Of a stretch of 64,000 nucleotides of DNA, positions 12,624 to 26,653 are shown piece by piece. Each line of letters opens with the position of its first letter. Position 1 is the first letter of the stretch. A model generated the notes under the pieces. It worked only from the letters and a program-made list of their open reading frames with translations, was not told the DNA's origin and did no database searches. The stretch is taken from contig CM000150.2 of NCBI GenBank assembly GCA_000004695.1, positions 3,616,001-3,680,000 of the forward strand, in the 5' to 3' direction. The DNA comes from Dictyostelium discoideum (Eukaryota). A program made the position numbers and the translations under genes.

Positions 12624-14336
12624 TTATTTCTTTATTAAATTTGGTTGAATTCTTCTTTTAGGTTTGACATCAGTATTATTATTATTGTTATTGTTATTAT
12701 TAATTGTAGATGAAGATAAAGTAGAAGGTGTTATGGTTGGTGTTTCTTCATCAGTTTTTTGTTTTTTTATTTGTTCATTTTCATCTATTATTGAATCATT
12801 TTTTACAATACCACTAGAGTTTATATTGTTATTATCATCATCATCATCATTATCATCATCATCGTCATCATCATCACCGTCGTCATCATCATTTGATTCA
12901 CCAACATTACTATCATCATTATTATTTTCATTATCATTACTATTGTTATTATTGGGGTCATTCTTTCTTTTTAAATTGTTTTTATTTTCATTACTATTAT
13001 TGAATTGTTGTTGAAGCTGTTCATTGATTGTAGTGTTTACGATTGCTCTTTGTTTATATAATATACATTGTTTTAATGATTCTGGATATTCAGATTCTGG
13101 TAAAGGATCACCCAATTCATTTGGTGCAAATGAAACATATGAACAAAAACCATCAGATGAAGTAATCAATAGGATGGTACCATCAGATGACCATGATACA
13201 TCAGTTATTGATGAATAATGTAAATTTGATAGTATGGAAATTGGTTTATCGGTTTTTTGTGTATCATAAATTGCAACTGTATCTAGTGATGAAATTGCAA
13301 ATATCATACGATATTTAATATTTAATAAATTATTATTATTTTCATCATCATCGTCATCATCCATATCCATATCATCCATATCCATATCATCTTCATCATC
13401 ATCTTCAATATCATCATCTTCGTCACTATCGCTATCAGTATCATTATCATTATCATTATCATTATTGGTATTATTATTATTATTAATATTATTATTATTA
13501 TTATTATTGTTATTATTATCGTCATTATTATTGGAATCATCATCATTATTATTATTATTATTATTATTATTTGTATCTGGTCTTAATTTAAAAATTATTG
13601 GATTAAATTTTACAACTACGGTTGGATTATTTGATGGTAGATGTATTAGTGGTCTATCTCTAATATGTCTTGAGAAAATGTATGAAGTACTTTGATATTT
13701 TGAAGTTGGGGAATCTCTGAATTTGCCTGTTGGTGTGATAAATATTGAACCATCTGGTGACCATGATGGTCTTCTAAAAAAGGTTGATGCTCTTTCATCA
13801 TAAAACATTCTATGACTAACTAAACTTTCTTCTTTTATTTTTGCTTCATCCAGTTGTTGTTGTTGTTGTTGTAGTTCTTCAATCTCAGCTATATCTTCAT
13901 TTGGAATTGATGTATTATTATAAGATCTTCTAGATAAAACATTTGATATAATTAAATTTAATTTCTTTCTACTATTTGTATTTACATCTTCAATTGTAGC
14001 ACTATTTACTACATTATTACCTGTACTATTACTATTTGTATTATTATTATTACTATCATTACTATTGCTGTTGTCATTGTCATCAGTGTCTTCACTATCT
14101 TTATCCTTTTCTGAAACTGGTGTAGAGGAAGAAGGGCATGATGATGGTTGTGTGATTATTTTTTTTTTTTTCTTTTCATTTCTATATATTCTGCAAGTAC
14201 CATCAGAACTTTGAGTAATCATAAAATCATTTAATGGATCCCATGATACACCTTGAACATAATGACTATGCTCTGTAATTAATTGATGATGTGTTTCTAT
14301 TTTTTTTTTTTTAAAAAAAAAAATAAAATAAAATAA

Positions 14337-14402
<66 letters not shown>

Positions 14403-15009
14403 TATAAAATTTTATAAAAGTGAATATACATACTAGATAGAGGACTCCAAATTGAAACACTATTATCAGTACTAACAGTAGATAGGTATTGACCATCACA
14501 AGACCAAGAGAGATCATATACATCAGTAGTAACACGTAAAACGGTTACAATTGACCAAATCTCTTTCATTGATGAGTCAGATGGTGGTATTGCATTTTGA
14601 TTTAATCTCCAAATTACAATTGAACCATCATCACTTCCTGATGCTAATAAATTACCACCAGGTGAAAATCTTGCAATATTAACTGGTTTGACATGTTTAG
14701 CTAAACTTGATAAAAATTCAACTGATAAATGTCCATCTTTATTCTTTGTATATCCCCATATCTATATTATAGAAAATAATAATAATAATAATAATATTAA
14801 TAATAATAAATAATAATATTAATAATAATAAAAGTGTTTATTAATATTAGTTTAAAAATAATAAATTAATTAATATGTGAAGTAGCTAAGCTTACTTTAA
14901 TTTCATTATCAAAACCAGTAGTACAAAATTTATTTGATGTTGGGTCAAAATCAGCAGAATAAATTGGATCTTTATTATGCCAAAGAATCATAACGGTTTC
15001 GCATTTCAT
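12624..15009 (-). CDS. chaf1B: Chromatin assembly factor 1 subunit B (CAF-1 p60, CHAF1B ortholog), WD40 protein with a large acidic/poly-N insertion
   Basis: Minus strand, three exons: 15009-14896 (MKCETVMILWHNKDPIYSADFDPTSNKFCTTGFDNEIK, donor GTAAGC), about 14760-14434 (IWGYTKNKDGHLSVEFLSSLAKHVKPVNIARFSPGGNLLASGSDDGSIVIWRL..., donor GTATGT), and 14272-12624. The sequence matches human CHAF1B over long stretches: [72 protein letters not shown]...[32 protein letters not shown]. The middle exon boundary is approximate. Confidence 0.8.
14341..14400. repeat. (ATT)n microsatellite, about 20 units, inside a CAF-1 intron
   Basis: Perfect tta/att trinucleotide run at 14341-14400. Confidence 0.8.
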
Positions 15010-15590
15010 TTTCTTTATGTTGCAGCAAATGGAGGTAATGTTATGAAAATTAAAAAAAAAAAAAAAAATTTGAAAAAACTTTATTTATTTATTGGTTTTT
15101 TTTTTTTTTTAAATTTTAGCGCGAAACCGATTTTTTTTTGAAAAAATAATAATAAAAATAAAATAAAAGAAAAGAAAAGAAAATAAAAATAAATATTACA
15201 TTTAAATTACAAATTTTTAATTTTCCCAAGATAATCTAAGTATTAGGAGGAAAAAAAAAAAAAAAAAAAAAACAGATTTGTTGCATTCATTTTTTTATAA
15301 TTTAATTTCATGTATTTTTGAGTGCTCTATTTTTTTTTTTTTCAAGTACCAAATCTATATGTTTTATTAATAAATAATTTTTTTGTTAAAGTAACTTTAA
15401 TAAAGTTAAAAAAAAAAAATATTAAAATGTTGGGAATAAATATTGGAAAAAAAGAAAAAAAAAAAATAAAAGAGAAAAAAAAAAGAAAAAAAATGAGAAA
15501 TCACAAATTTTTTTTGTAATTTTTTTTTTTTTTTTTAAATTTTTTTTTTTTTTTTATTTATTTTATTTTAACCAATTAAAACAAATTATT

Positions 15591-17444
15591 ATGAATATAA
15601 TAAAATCAAATAAAAAGATTAAAAAGAATAAAATTAATAATGAAAATTTAGATAATAGTAAATTATTTTTTAAAGTATGGAGAAATTCATATATAAGATA
15701 TCAAATTTTTCAACATTTAAGATTATATAATATTCATAAGAATCAAATATCATTAACAAATGAACAATTAGAAGAATATAAATATTTAAATTATTGTAGA
15801 TCAATTTATTTAGTTGGTGATAAAATTGATAGTTCATTTTTAAAGGATAAATTACCAGATAGTGTTGAATGTTTATCATTTGTTTATTATTTCAACCAAC
15901 CGATATTAAATAGAATCGATTTCAATTACAATTCAAATTATCATTGTAATTTGAAATCGATAACCTTTGGATACGACTTTAATCAAGAAATTAAAGAGAC
16001 TGCACTACCAAGATCATTAGAGTCTTTAAAATTTGGTAGATTATTCAATCAGGAGTTGACCGAAACTACATTTAAAAATCAAATTAATTTAAAATCAATA
16101 GAATTTGGTGCAAAGTTTAATAATAAAGGTAAACCAATAAAGGTTGGAGTATTTCCAAAATCCATTGAATCTTTAAAGTTTGGTTTTCATTTTAATTCAT
16201 TCTTTGATGCGCATTCATTACCTAATGGTTTAAAATTAATTGAATTGGGTTCAAATTATTATCAAGATTTAAATCAAGAGGATATATTACCACGTTCACT
16301 TACAAGTCTATCATTATCAAATGAATATAAAATTCCAATCACTTTAAAAACAATTAAATCATTACCAAACTTAATGCATTTAGATTATCCAGGTTTCATT
16401 TTACCATTTGGTTCGAATGATGAAGTTTTACCATCTTTAAAATCACTTCGTAGTTTTATTGAATGGAATGATGATGATGATGATGGTGATGTTGGTGATG
16501 GTGGTGGTGGTGGTGGTGGTGGTAGTAGTAACTCAAAATTACCAAGTTCTTTAAATAAATTAACAATATGTGGTACAAATAAAATTTTTAAAAATATTTC
16601 AATACCAATTGGTTTAAAGGAAATTTATATTAAATCCTTATTAACATTTGATTCATTTCATAATGGTAAAGATAATGGTGATGTTGACATTTCAGATTTA
16701 CAGTTAGAGAAAATGACAATTGATATTCAAAGAGTGTTTGCAGAAGATATAAAACTTGGTTTACCAAAATTCTCAATACCAACATTTAAAAAATTGGAAA
16801 TTCTTTATTTAAATAGTGAATTCACTCAAGATATCTTTCCATCCACTATTACTTCATTAACATTGGATACCTATAATATGGTTTTTAATTCATACTCTCT
16901 ACCTAAATCATTAAAACATTTGAAATTACCAAATTATAATCAACCATTCACCAATATTGATTCATTTCCATGGAGAACTTTAGAGGAATTAGAATTTGGT
17001 ATGCCATTTTTTCAATCATTCCCACCATCGATATCTTTTAAAAATTTAAAATCTTTAACTATTGGTATTGATTGTTTTATGTCATTCTCAAAAAATTCAA
17101 CCGTTGATACTTTGTTCCCAGTTTTAGAATCAATTGTTTTTATAATTCCTCAAGAACTTAAATATATAATTTCAACCGATTGTTTCTTCCAATTATTACC
17201 TATTTCTATAAAGCATTTAAAACTTGGAAAGTATGGATTCGATAAACCATTCAATGATGAATCAATCATTTGGCCACCTAAATTAACAACTATTTCAATA
17301 CCTAACAGAATAATTCATTTAATTTTTGACAAAAACTTTTCATTACCACATCAATTAAAAAGTTTAGTTTGTGACAGGCTATCTGCTGTTGATGAATTTT
17401 ATTTTAAAATTATAAAAGTTTGTCCAGAAATAAAATTTTATTAA
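15591..17444 (+). CDS. FNIP-repeat-containing protein
   Basis: ATG at 15591, single exon. The 617-aa product carries many tandem repeats of ..LxSLxFGxxFNQxIxxxxLPxSLxxLxFG.., the Dictyostelium FNIP repeat. Confidence 0.8.
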   Translation: MNIIKSNKKIKKNKINNENLDNSKLFFKVWRNSYIRYQIFQHLRLYNIHKNQISLTNEQLEEYKYLNYCRSIYLVGDKIDSSFLKDKLPDSVECLSFVYYFNQPILNRIDFNYNSNYHCNLKSITFGYDFNQEIKETALPRSLESLKFGRLFNQELTETTFKNQINLKSIEFGAKFNNKGKPIKVGVFPKSIESLKFGFHFNSFFDAHSLPNGLKLIELGSNYYQDLNQEDILPRSLTSLSLSNEYKIPITLKTIKSLPNLMHLDYPGFILPFGSNDEVLPSLKSLRSFIEWNDDDDDGDVGDGGGGGGGGSSNSKLPSSLNKLTICGTNKIFKNISIPIGLKEIYIKSLLTFDSFHNGKDNGDVDISDLQLEKMTIDIQRVFAEDIKLGLPKFSIPTFKKLEILYLNSEFTQDIFPSTITSLTLDTYNMVFNSYSLPKSLKHLKLPNYNQPFTNIDSFPWRTLEELEFGMPFFQSFPPSISFKNLKSLTIGIDCFMSFSKNSTVDTLFPVLESIVFIIPQELKYIISTDCFFQLLPISIKHLKLGKYGFDKPFNDESIIWPPKLTTISIPNRIIHLIFDKNFSLPHQLKSLVCDRLSAVDEFYFKIIKVCPEIKFY

Positions 17445-17883
17445 TTTTTTTTTCTTTTTTTATTTTTTTTCCAAGATAAAAATAAAATTAAGATAAAAAT
17501 AAAATAAAGATAAAATTTAATAATTATTTTTTTTATTGTTTTTATTTTATTAGTGTCATATAAGGCTTTTAGTCACCCTAGGAATAATATCTTAATTATT
17601 TTTTTTGAAAATTTTTGTCAGTTTTTAATTTAATTTTCATGAGGTGTTTTTTTAAGTTTTTAAAAAAAAAAAAATAAAAAAAAAAAAATATTTTGAGATA
17701 TTATTTTGGCGGTGATTAAAAATGTTTTTTTTTTTTTTTGTCCTCAATCCAATTATTTCGAAAATAAATATAAAAAAAATATAAAAGTAAATATAAAAAC
17801 AAAAAATAAAAATAAAAATAGAAATAAAAAAAATAAACAAAAATAAAAATAATAAAAATTAAAAAAAAAAATAATAAATAATT

Positions 17884-19911
<2,028 letters not shown>

Positions 19912-20563
19912 TCAATTCTTTTCAATGGAATATCTAAATAATTAAAATAAAAAAATTTAAATTTAAAAATTAAATGACATAGAATAAAATGTTTGATTTA
20001 CACATTTATATCCCCTATAAGAAATAAACAGTTAATAATAGTTTTGTTTGTGGAATTAATAATAAAATGTAAATTGATTATTGTTTTTTTAATGAAGCAA
20101 TTAAATAAATAAAAAATTGTAATTAATTAAATGAATTTTTGGAAGTTGTTCGAATGTGTAAACTAGTTTTACTTGATTACTTTAACGTTGAGTTGTTGGG
20201 ATGAAAGTGTAACAAGATCTCAAAAAAATATCTTGTTAATACTAATATTTATTTAATTTTATGAAATGTTCTAAACAGAACATTTAAAAATAACTATTAA
20301 TATTGAATTGATAATTCAATATTAATTATTACTAACTTAATTCATTTTAATAAATTGTTTCATTTTATATAATAAACTCACTAAACACAACTAAACAATA
20401 ATTCAAAAATAAATAATAATAATTTAGAATATAGTTTTGTTTCAACATTTTGTTATGACACATACAATTCAGAAAATAATAATAATTTATTTTATTGTTT
20501 TGTTTAAAGGGGTTTTCTCCCGTTGTAATTAAATTTAATTAATTTTAAATTAAATTTAATTTT

Positions 20564-20601
<38 letters not shown>

Positions 20602-20760
20602 TTGAATTTCACAAAAGTTTTCATAACAGATATTAGATACCAGATATTAAAAATGCCACACACAAAATCACCATATAAAATAATAATATAAATTTAAAAA
20701 TAATTTAATTAGAAGAGAAAATAATAATTAAATTAAAATAATATAATATTGTAGTTTAAA

Positions 20761-20905
20761 TTGGATCTAACCCTATCGGCCGAGGTTGGAGTAGTTAATA
20801 GATTTGAGTTCGCTCAAATCTAAGGACTATAAAAGGAAACTAGGTTTCCAATTCAACCTCAGTAGTAAATATATACAAATAATAAAAACACGATAGGGCT
20901 ACGGT
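20761..20905. ncRNA. Candidate structured ncRNA (about 140 nt, four helices) in a GC-richer island
   Basis: Nested complementarities are CCCTATCG (about 20770) with CGATAGGG (about 20894), and GAGGTTG with CAACCTC. Two local hairpins are ATTTGAG-ttcgc-CTCAAAT and GGAAAC-tag-GTTTCC. GC content is well above the flanks. There is no ORF. Confidence 0.25.
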
Positions 20906-21011
20906 CATTAATTAATTTTGTGTACATTTATTTCTAAAATAATTAATCATTTTACTTTAATAATAGAATAAATAAATAATTAAATTTTATTAAATAATTT
21001 ATTTTAAGAGA

Positions 21012-21461
21012 ATGTCAACTAATAATAACGAAGATATTGATAATGATGAATTGCAACAACAGGATAATGAGGAACAACAACAACAACAACAACCACAGGT
21101 ATCAACATTCAATGAACAGCAACGTCAGATAAGGGAACAGCAGCAGGTAATAGATAAACAAAATCAACTTCTTCAACAACACATTCAATTAATAAATCAA
21201 CAATCTCAACTACAATTGAATAATCATACGACACCACCATCATCACCCAACATTACAACACCAATAACTTCAGCAGCAATAACCAACACAATAAAGAAAT
21301 CATTAGGAAAAATTAACACTGATGATACCGACCACCAGTTGTTACAGAAAGTGATAATGATCTTCCACAACAAACCAATTCAAAAAAACAACATTACATT
21401 TATTATCAATGCCCAAAATTACTCGAAGAAAATTTTAATATCTTCAAATTTATATTTTTAA
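21012..21461 (+). CDS. Hypothetical Q-rich, coiled-coil-like small protein (149 aa); could equally be a fragment of a repeat-element ORF
   Basis: The ATG-initiated ORF has a less AT-rich composition than its surroundings. It sits among repeat fragments (20100-22440). I recognised no homolog. Confidence 0.3.
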   Translation: MSTNNNEDIDNDELQQQDNEEQQQQQQPQVSTFNEQQRQIREQQQVIDKQNQLLQQHIQLINQQSQLQLNNHTTPPSSPNITTPITSAAITNTIKKSLGKINTDDTDHQLLQKVIMIFHNKPIQKNNITFIINAQNYSKKILISSNLYF

Positions 21462-22214
21462 ACCAATCCAATTATTTAAAATAAAAAAAATAAAAAATAA
21501 AAAATTTTATACAATTTTTTTAAATAGTTTTTTTTCTTTATTATTTAATTATTATTAAATGTGTTTTGAAATGTAATTCTATTTAAAAATTCTAAAGGTA
21601 ATTGAAGTTTAGGGAATGATATCGTCATCTAATCTGAATGTCATAGTGCATAGATAAATCTTTCTTTTCTCTGACATAAGATTAATATGATCATTTTTAT
21701 TTTCCTTTGAGTGATAGTATTGATATGAACATTAACTTTTCTAAATGATATAGTGCATAGATAAATCTTTCCTTTCTCTACCATTTGATTGTGTTATGAT
21801 TCATCTCAAATTACTTAATTTTCTTTTAAAGTAACCACTTATAAATTCCTTTTTCTATATTTTTAATTGATAAATTAGATTATTTATTTATTATTATTTT
21901 TTTATTTATTTTCAATTTCTTACTTTTGTTTCTCTTTTATTCCATCTTAAATCATTTTATTTCTTTGTTTTTGAAATAATACTATTTCATTTTATTTGAT
22001 TTAATTTTTTGGTTTTTTGGAATGAAAAAAAAAAAAAAAAAAAAGATCAATTTATACTCTTATAATTTTTTATTATTCCTATTTAATATTTATTAGATTT
22101 TTCCTAAAAAGCAATTTTTACTTTTTTTTTCCTTTTTTTTTAATTGATCAAAAAAATTTCTAAATTGGAACTTATTAGATAATAAAAAATGGTTAAATAT
22201 TGAAATTTATTTAA

Positions 22215-22252
<38 letters not shown>

Positions 22253-22833
22253 AATTTTAAAATTCCTACTCAAACAATGAATCAAAAAATTAAATAAATA
22301 AAAAAAAAATAAAAATAAATTATACAGATGTAATAATAATTATATTTTATATTTATTTTACCTTTTAATTTTATTTTATTTTATTATTTTAATTTGGTAA
22401 TATAACTTTTCTGATTTTTTCTATCTATAATTGGATATCAAAAAACAACCTGCTGGTAAATTTTTATTTTTTAACATCCAAAGTTGTGGTCATCTAAGTT
22501 AGTGGTGTAAATATTACCTCTGAAATTTTTGAGGATCGTACAGTTTGAATTAATTTAAGAGATTATTGTGTTCAACTTAGTATGGTTGGAGTTTTTTTTT
22601 TAATTTTTTTTTTTTAATATTAATTAATAGATGTTTATAAATTAAAGGAAATAAACAGATATAGGTTTATTTATGAATTTTAAAATACAACTATTATTGG
22701 AAAACTCCAATCATTCCTTTTTTTTTTTTTTTTTACCTGTGATCAGACCTTCAAGGAATGTCCTTGTGTCTTTTCGGCGGTGTTTGTTAAACGGTTTTAT
22801 TTTTATTATTCAATTGTATTAAATTTTTTAAAC

Positions 22834-22887
<54 letters not shown>

Positions 22888-23053
22888 ACTACTTAAATTG
22901 GAAGAGGGTTCGGAGCTGCTAGGGTTTGCCAGGCTTTGTTGAATTTGTATTTGTGAAGATCTTGATTGGTGTTTTTTAGTATTGCTTCGTCGTGTTTGAT
23001 TTTCTTTAGTGTGATGAATTTTTCAGTTTCGATGAGATTTAGTAATTCTGTTT

Positions 23054-25360
23054 CTATGACCTTTTGTTCGAATTTTGGCTCTGGTTGCTTTCATCAGTGT
23101 TGAACAATTTGTGACAGATTATCTTCCATAATTGGTGTGCTATTATTCCTATGAGATTGGGGAAGATTCTCTCAGTTCTGTTGTATTTTGATATGTCTAA
23201 GGTATCCATTGACCATCTGTGGATTTTGATGAATGATAATTTGTTAACTGTTGATATGATGGTTTTTTCAATATCTAGGATATCTTGGCATAGAGTGAAG
23301 AGGTGAGAATAAGGGTCTCTGAATAGGTGGCCACAGATCTTGCATCTGGTGTCTCTTTCGTGGTTGATACCTGGAAGTGATCTTGAGAAGAATCTGAAGA
23401 GGGTGTTTCTACCTTTTTGGTGAGAAATGCTGTTGATGTTTATGAATACTTTGGGTATTGCTGTGTTGTATCTCACCGCCCATAACTTCTGCCATTCTGT
23501 TCTTCTTGGTGTTGGGTGTCTGTCTTTGATCATGAGTTCGTAAATTTCTTTCAGTTTTAGTGGTTCATCATTGTCGTTTCTTATACAGTCTGGAAGTTCA
23601 TTTATCTTTGGATGGTTTTGGTAAAATTTGACTCTGAATACACCCCAGTGTCTGCACATATCGTTGAGGGTTGAAGTGTGGGCTTTTTTTCTACTTAATT
23701 GCTCCATGTACCATTCTTGTAAGGTATTGTTGTTGTTGTTGTAGTTGTTATGGAGTAGCCTGTTCATGTACCAGATTTTGAATGCTATATGTCTTAGTTC
23801 TATATCCCATAATTTTATGCCTCCTTCTTTCCAATCTGCATATGCTCTGTCTATTTTCATCATAGTTTTGTATTTTCTCTCTTCTGTATATGTATTCTTA
23901 ACTGAGGAGAATAAGAACCATCTGGTCATGTTATTGATTTCCTCAATTTGTTCTTCATTTAGATTATCCATGTATTGATGGTATGTTAATTTGGATAGAA
24001 CGTATGTTTTGAGAATTGTCATCTTTGCCTTCATCGTTATTGCTTGTGATTTCCATTTGATTAGATTGTTTTTCATTTCTTGGATTAAAGTGTTGTATTT
24101 TGAATTTAAACCTGTTTTGGTGAAATTGAGGCCAAGATATCTTTCTGGGACTGTAATCTCTTGGAATGGTAGATCGTGTGGTTTATCTCCTATTGCTATC
24201 ATTACTGTTTTCTCTTTGTTTAACGATGATGATGTTGCTGAGCAGTACTTTTGGATTTTAGTATTAATTTTCATTAGTTCTTCTGTGGAGTTTGTAAAGG
24301 TTGCTATGTCGTCAGCAAATGCAGTGAGTTTTCATGATTTGGAATTTGGTAGAGTGAAGCCTTTGATTGTATTATCATTGATGATATCTATTAGAAGTGG
24401 TTCTAAAACTAGAGCAAAGATTGTTGGTGATATTGGGTCTCCTTGTTTTGTTCCTCTTCTGATTGTTATTCCATTGACTAAAAAGTCGTTGATCTTTATT
24501 TTGTTTTTAGTATCTTTGAGTAGGTTTAGTAGGATCGCTGTGAATTTTGGGGGGATACCAATATGCTCTAATGTTCTTGTGATACTCTTGTGGCTGATTG
24601 AATCGAATGCTTTGTTAAAATCGTAAAAGGTAATGAGTGTATTGTTCTTTCTTTTGTTACTTATTTCTATTACTTCCTTCATGATCTGAATATTGTCTTG
24701 GATGAACCTGTTTGGAACAAAGCCTTTTTGAAATTTGTTGATAATTTTACTGGTGATATCTAATAATCTACTGTTGAGAATTTTGCTTAAAATTTTGTAA
24801 TCTGTATTGAGAAGGGTGATTGGTCTTCTATTTGAAATGTTTAGTTCATCTCCTTTTTTGAATATTGTTGTTATTACTCCTTCTTTGAATTTTGTGGGGA
24901 TTTCTTTCTTATTTGTGAGGAGGTCGTTGAAAGCTATAGTCAATATTCTTGCTATTGAGTTGATGTGGTACTTGTAGAATAGTGCATTGATACCGTCTAA
25001 ACCTGGAGATTTGTGGATACTTGAAGTTTTGATTGCTTTGGTCACTTCATGTATTCTCATCGGTCTGTCTATCTCGAGTTTCTTGATTAAATCAACGTCT
25101 ACTTCCCATTTTTCTAATAACTTCTTGTGGGTTTCTTCGTTATCTTCTTTCTCTTCATAGAATTCAACAAATCTTTTTGCTATGTTCTCTTTATCTGATA
25201 TGGTCTTATTATCTTTATCTTTTATTTGGAATATTGATTTATCTTTGGCTCTGGATTTAAGGATACTTGTGAGGTATTTGCTTGGTGTTTCTTGATGCAG
25301 GTGGAGTTTTAATTTGATATCCCATGCTTTTACCTTTTTAAAAAAAAAAACTCCAATCAT
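23054..25360 (-). pseudogene. Retroelement ORF2 reverse-transcriptase region, 5'-truncated and frameshifted between 24274 and 24332
   Basis: Two adjacent minus-strand ORFs (24332-25360 and 23054-24274) lie in different frames. The first has RT motifs (FYDFNKAFD; QGDPISP). The second has a CKICGH..C zinc-finger-like tail. Confidence 0.65.
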
Positions 25361-25463
25361 TCCTAAAAATATTTTATTTTATATTTAGAAAGGAATGATT
25401 GGAGTTTTCCAATCATTTCTAAAAATATTTTATTTTATATTTAGAAAGGAATGATTGGAGTTT
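25349..25463. repeat. Tandem palindromic hairpin units (GGAAAACTCCAATCATTCC ... GGAATGATTGGAGTTTTCC) inside the retroelement cluster
   Basis: Two units of about 55 bp with 19-nt inverted arms around an AT loop. One isolated arm is also present at 22681-22699, next to T19. Confidence 0.7.
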
Positions 25464-25467
25464 TCCA

Positions 25468-25510
<43 letters not shown>

Positions 25511-25733
25511 TGGATTAACAAGATTGATATATGTCCATCTGTGTTAATACGAGTTTTTATTTAATATTTATTTATAGGCTTATCATTTAAGCTGAAGGGT
25601 TATTTTAATCATATGAATTGATCTAAAAGATATAATATTTGGGAGAGATGATTCTGGAATACAATAGTAATTAGCTGTTGTTTTTCTTAGCTTGATCGTT
25701 GAGGTGAGAAGGATCTTAGGATCTTTGAAGTTA

Positions 25734-26549
25734 TTATGGTCTTTTGCTGATAGAGTTATGGTTGGATGACAGCTCCCTTGAATAATCGTTAAGTAGGAAG
25801 TCTATTTTCTTAAGCATTATGCTTGAGAGGATTGAGGATTTTTTTAATCTCCATCTGCGCTTGTTCATCTGTATGTTGGGTAGAGTGAAAGTGGTTGATA
25901 GGAAGTTGTGATCTGATAGAGGTATGTCGTTAATTTTTGGGGGGATTAGGTTCCTTAAGTATAATTGGCTGTAGTTGATTAAGCTATTGTTAAGGTATAT
26001 TCTGTCTAGTCTCCTTTCCAAGATTCTTGTGAGGTAATGTATCGTTCTTGAGAAGGTGGGTCTTTTATTTAGTTGGTCCATATCCATTAGGTTATTTGAA
26101 ATTCTGATGGCTTCGATTACTGTGGCCATCTCATCTGGGGATTGTGTTGTCAAGTTGCCTTGGTCATCACTTGATGTGTGATTGTCATTGAAGTCTAAAC
26201 AGTTGAAGTCGCCTGCTATGATGTCGATGTTTTTATTAGGGTTAGACGTAAGGTTGTGGTATTGGTTGTTGAAGTGTTTGTTTAGTGTTGAAGCTAGTGT
26301 TTTTCTTTTATCAGGTTGGGCCGGGGCGTATATGGCCAAGATTCTCGTTGTGGTATCTTTTATTAGAATGTCTGATATTATTAGTCTACCTTCTATTATG
26401 AATATTGGTGAGAGTTTTATGTTTTGGTTGTTGTGGTTTAGTATTCCTATTCCGTTGCCTCTGTTGGTTGCGCTAATGATGGAGCCAGAGAATAGCTGGT
26501 GTGCTTGTGTTGCGTCGGCGTTGAGTTCATTGACTATGGTTAGTGCCAA
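25734..26549 (-). CDS. Retroelement ORF2 N-terminal apurinic/apyrimidinic-endonuclease-like domain, truncated
   Basis: A 271-aa ORF with a GDFN motif typical of the APE domain of non-LTR elements. It ends in a stop, followed by a UTR-like sequence and A40. Confidence 0.6.
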   Translation of the reverse strand: MALTIVNELNADATQAHQLFSGSIISATNRGNGIGILNHNNQNIKLSPIFIIEGRLIISDILIKDTTTRILAIYAPAQPDKRKTLASTLNKHFNNQYHNLTSNPNKNIDIIAGDFNCLDFNDNHTSSDDQGNLTTQSPDEMATVIEAIRISNNLMDMDQLNKRPTFSRTIHYLTRILERRLDRIYLNNSLINYSQLYLRNLIPPKINDIPLSDHNFLSTTFTLPNIQMNKRRWRLKKSSILSSIMLKKIDFLLNDYSRELSSNHNSISKRP

Positions 26550-26653
26550 TGAGTTTGGGGGGGATTGGGATTTGATAAAGTCTGTTTTGTTTTTGAAGGA
26601 GGTGTCAGTGCCCCAACCTCTGACATTCCATTGGTTGATTTTGATTACTACTA

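Noticed and set aside
15322-15519. 65-aa lysine-rich ORF in the CAF-1/FNIP intergenic region
   Set aside because: Pure homopolymer A/T translation with no coding-like composition.
20240-20330. Several AT-rich perfect palindromes (AAATGTTCT-aaac-AGAACATTT; AATATTGAATT-gat-AATTCAATATT)
   Set aside because: Short AT palindromes arise frequently by chance in a 75% AT genome. I note them only as possible flank structure of a decayed element and do not call them features.
23745-24626. Plus-strand ORFs 23745-23978 and 23991-24626, and 26182-26664, 26796-27002
   Set aside because: Antisense to the retrotransposon RT/ORF1 coding strand, with no motifs.
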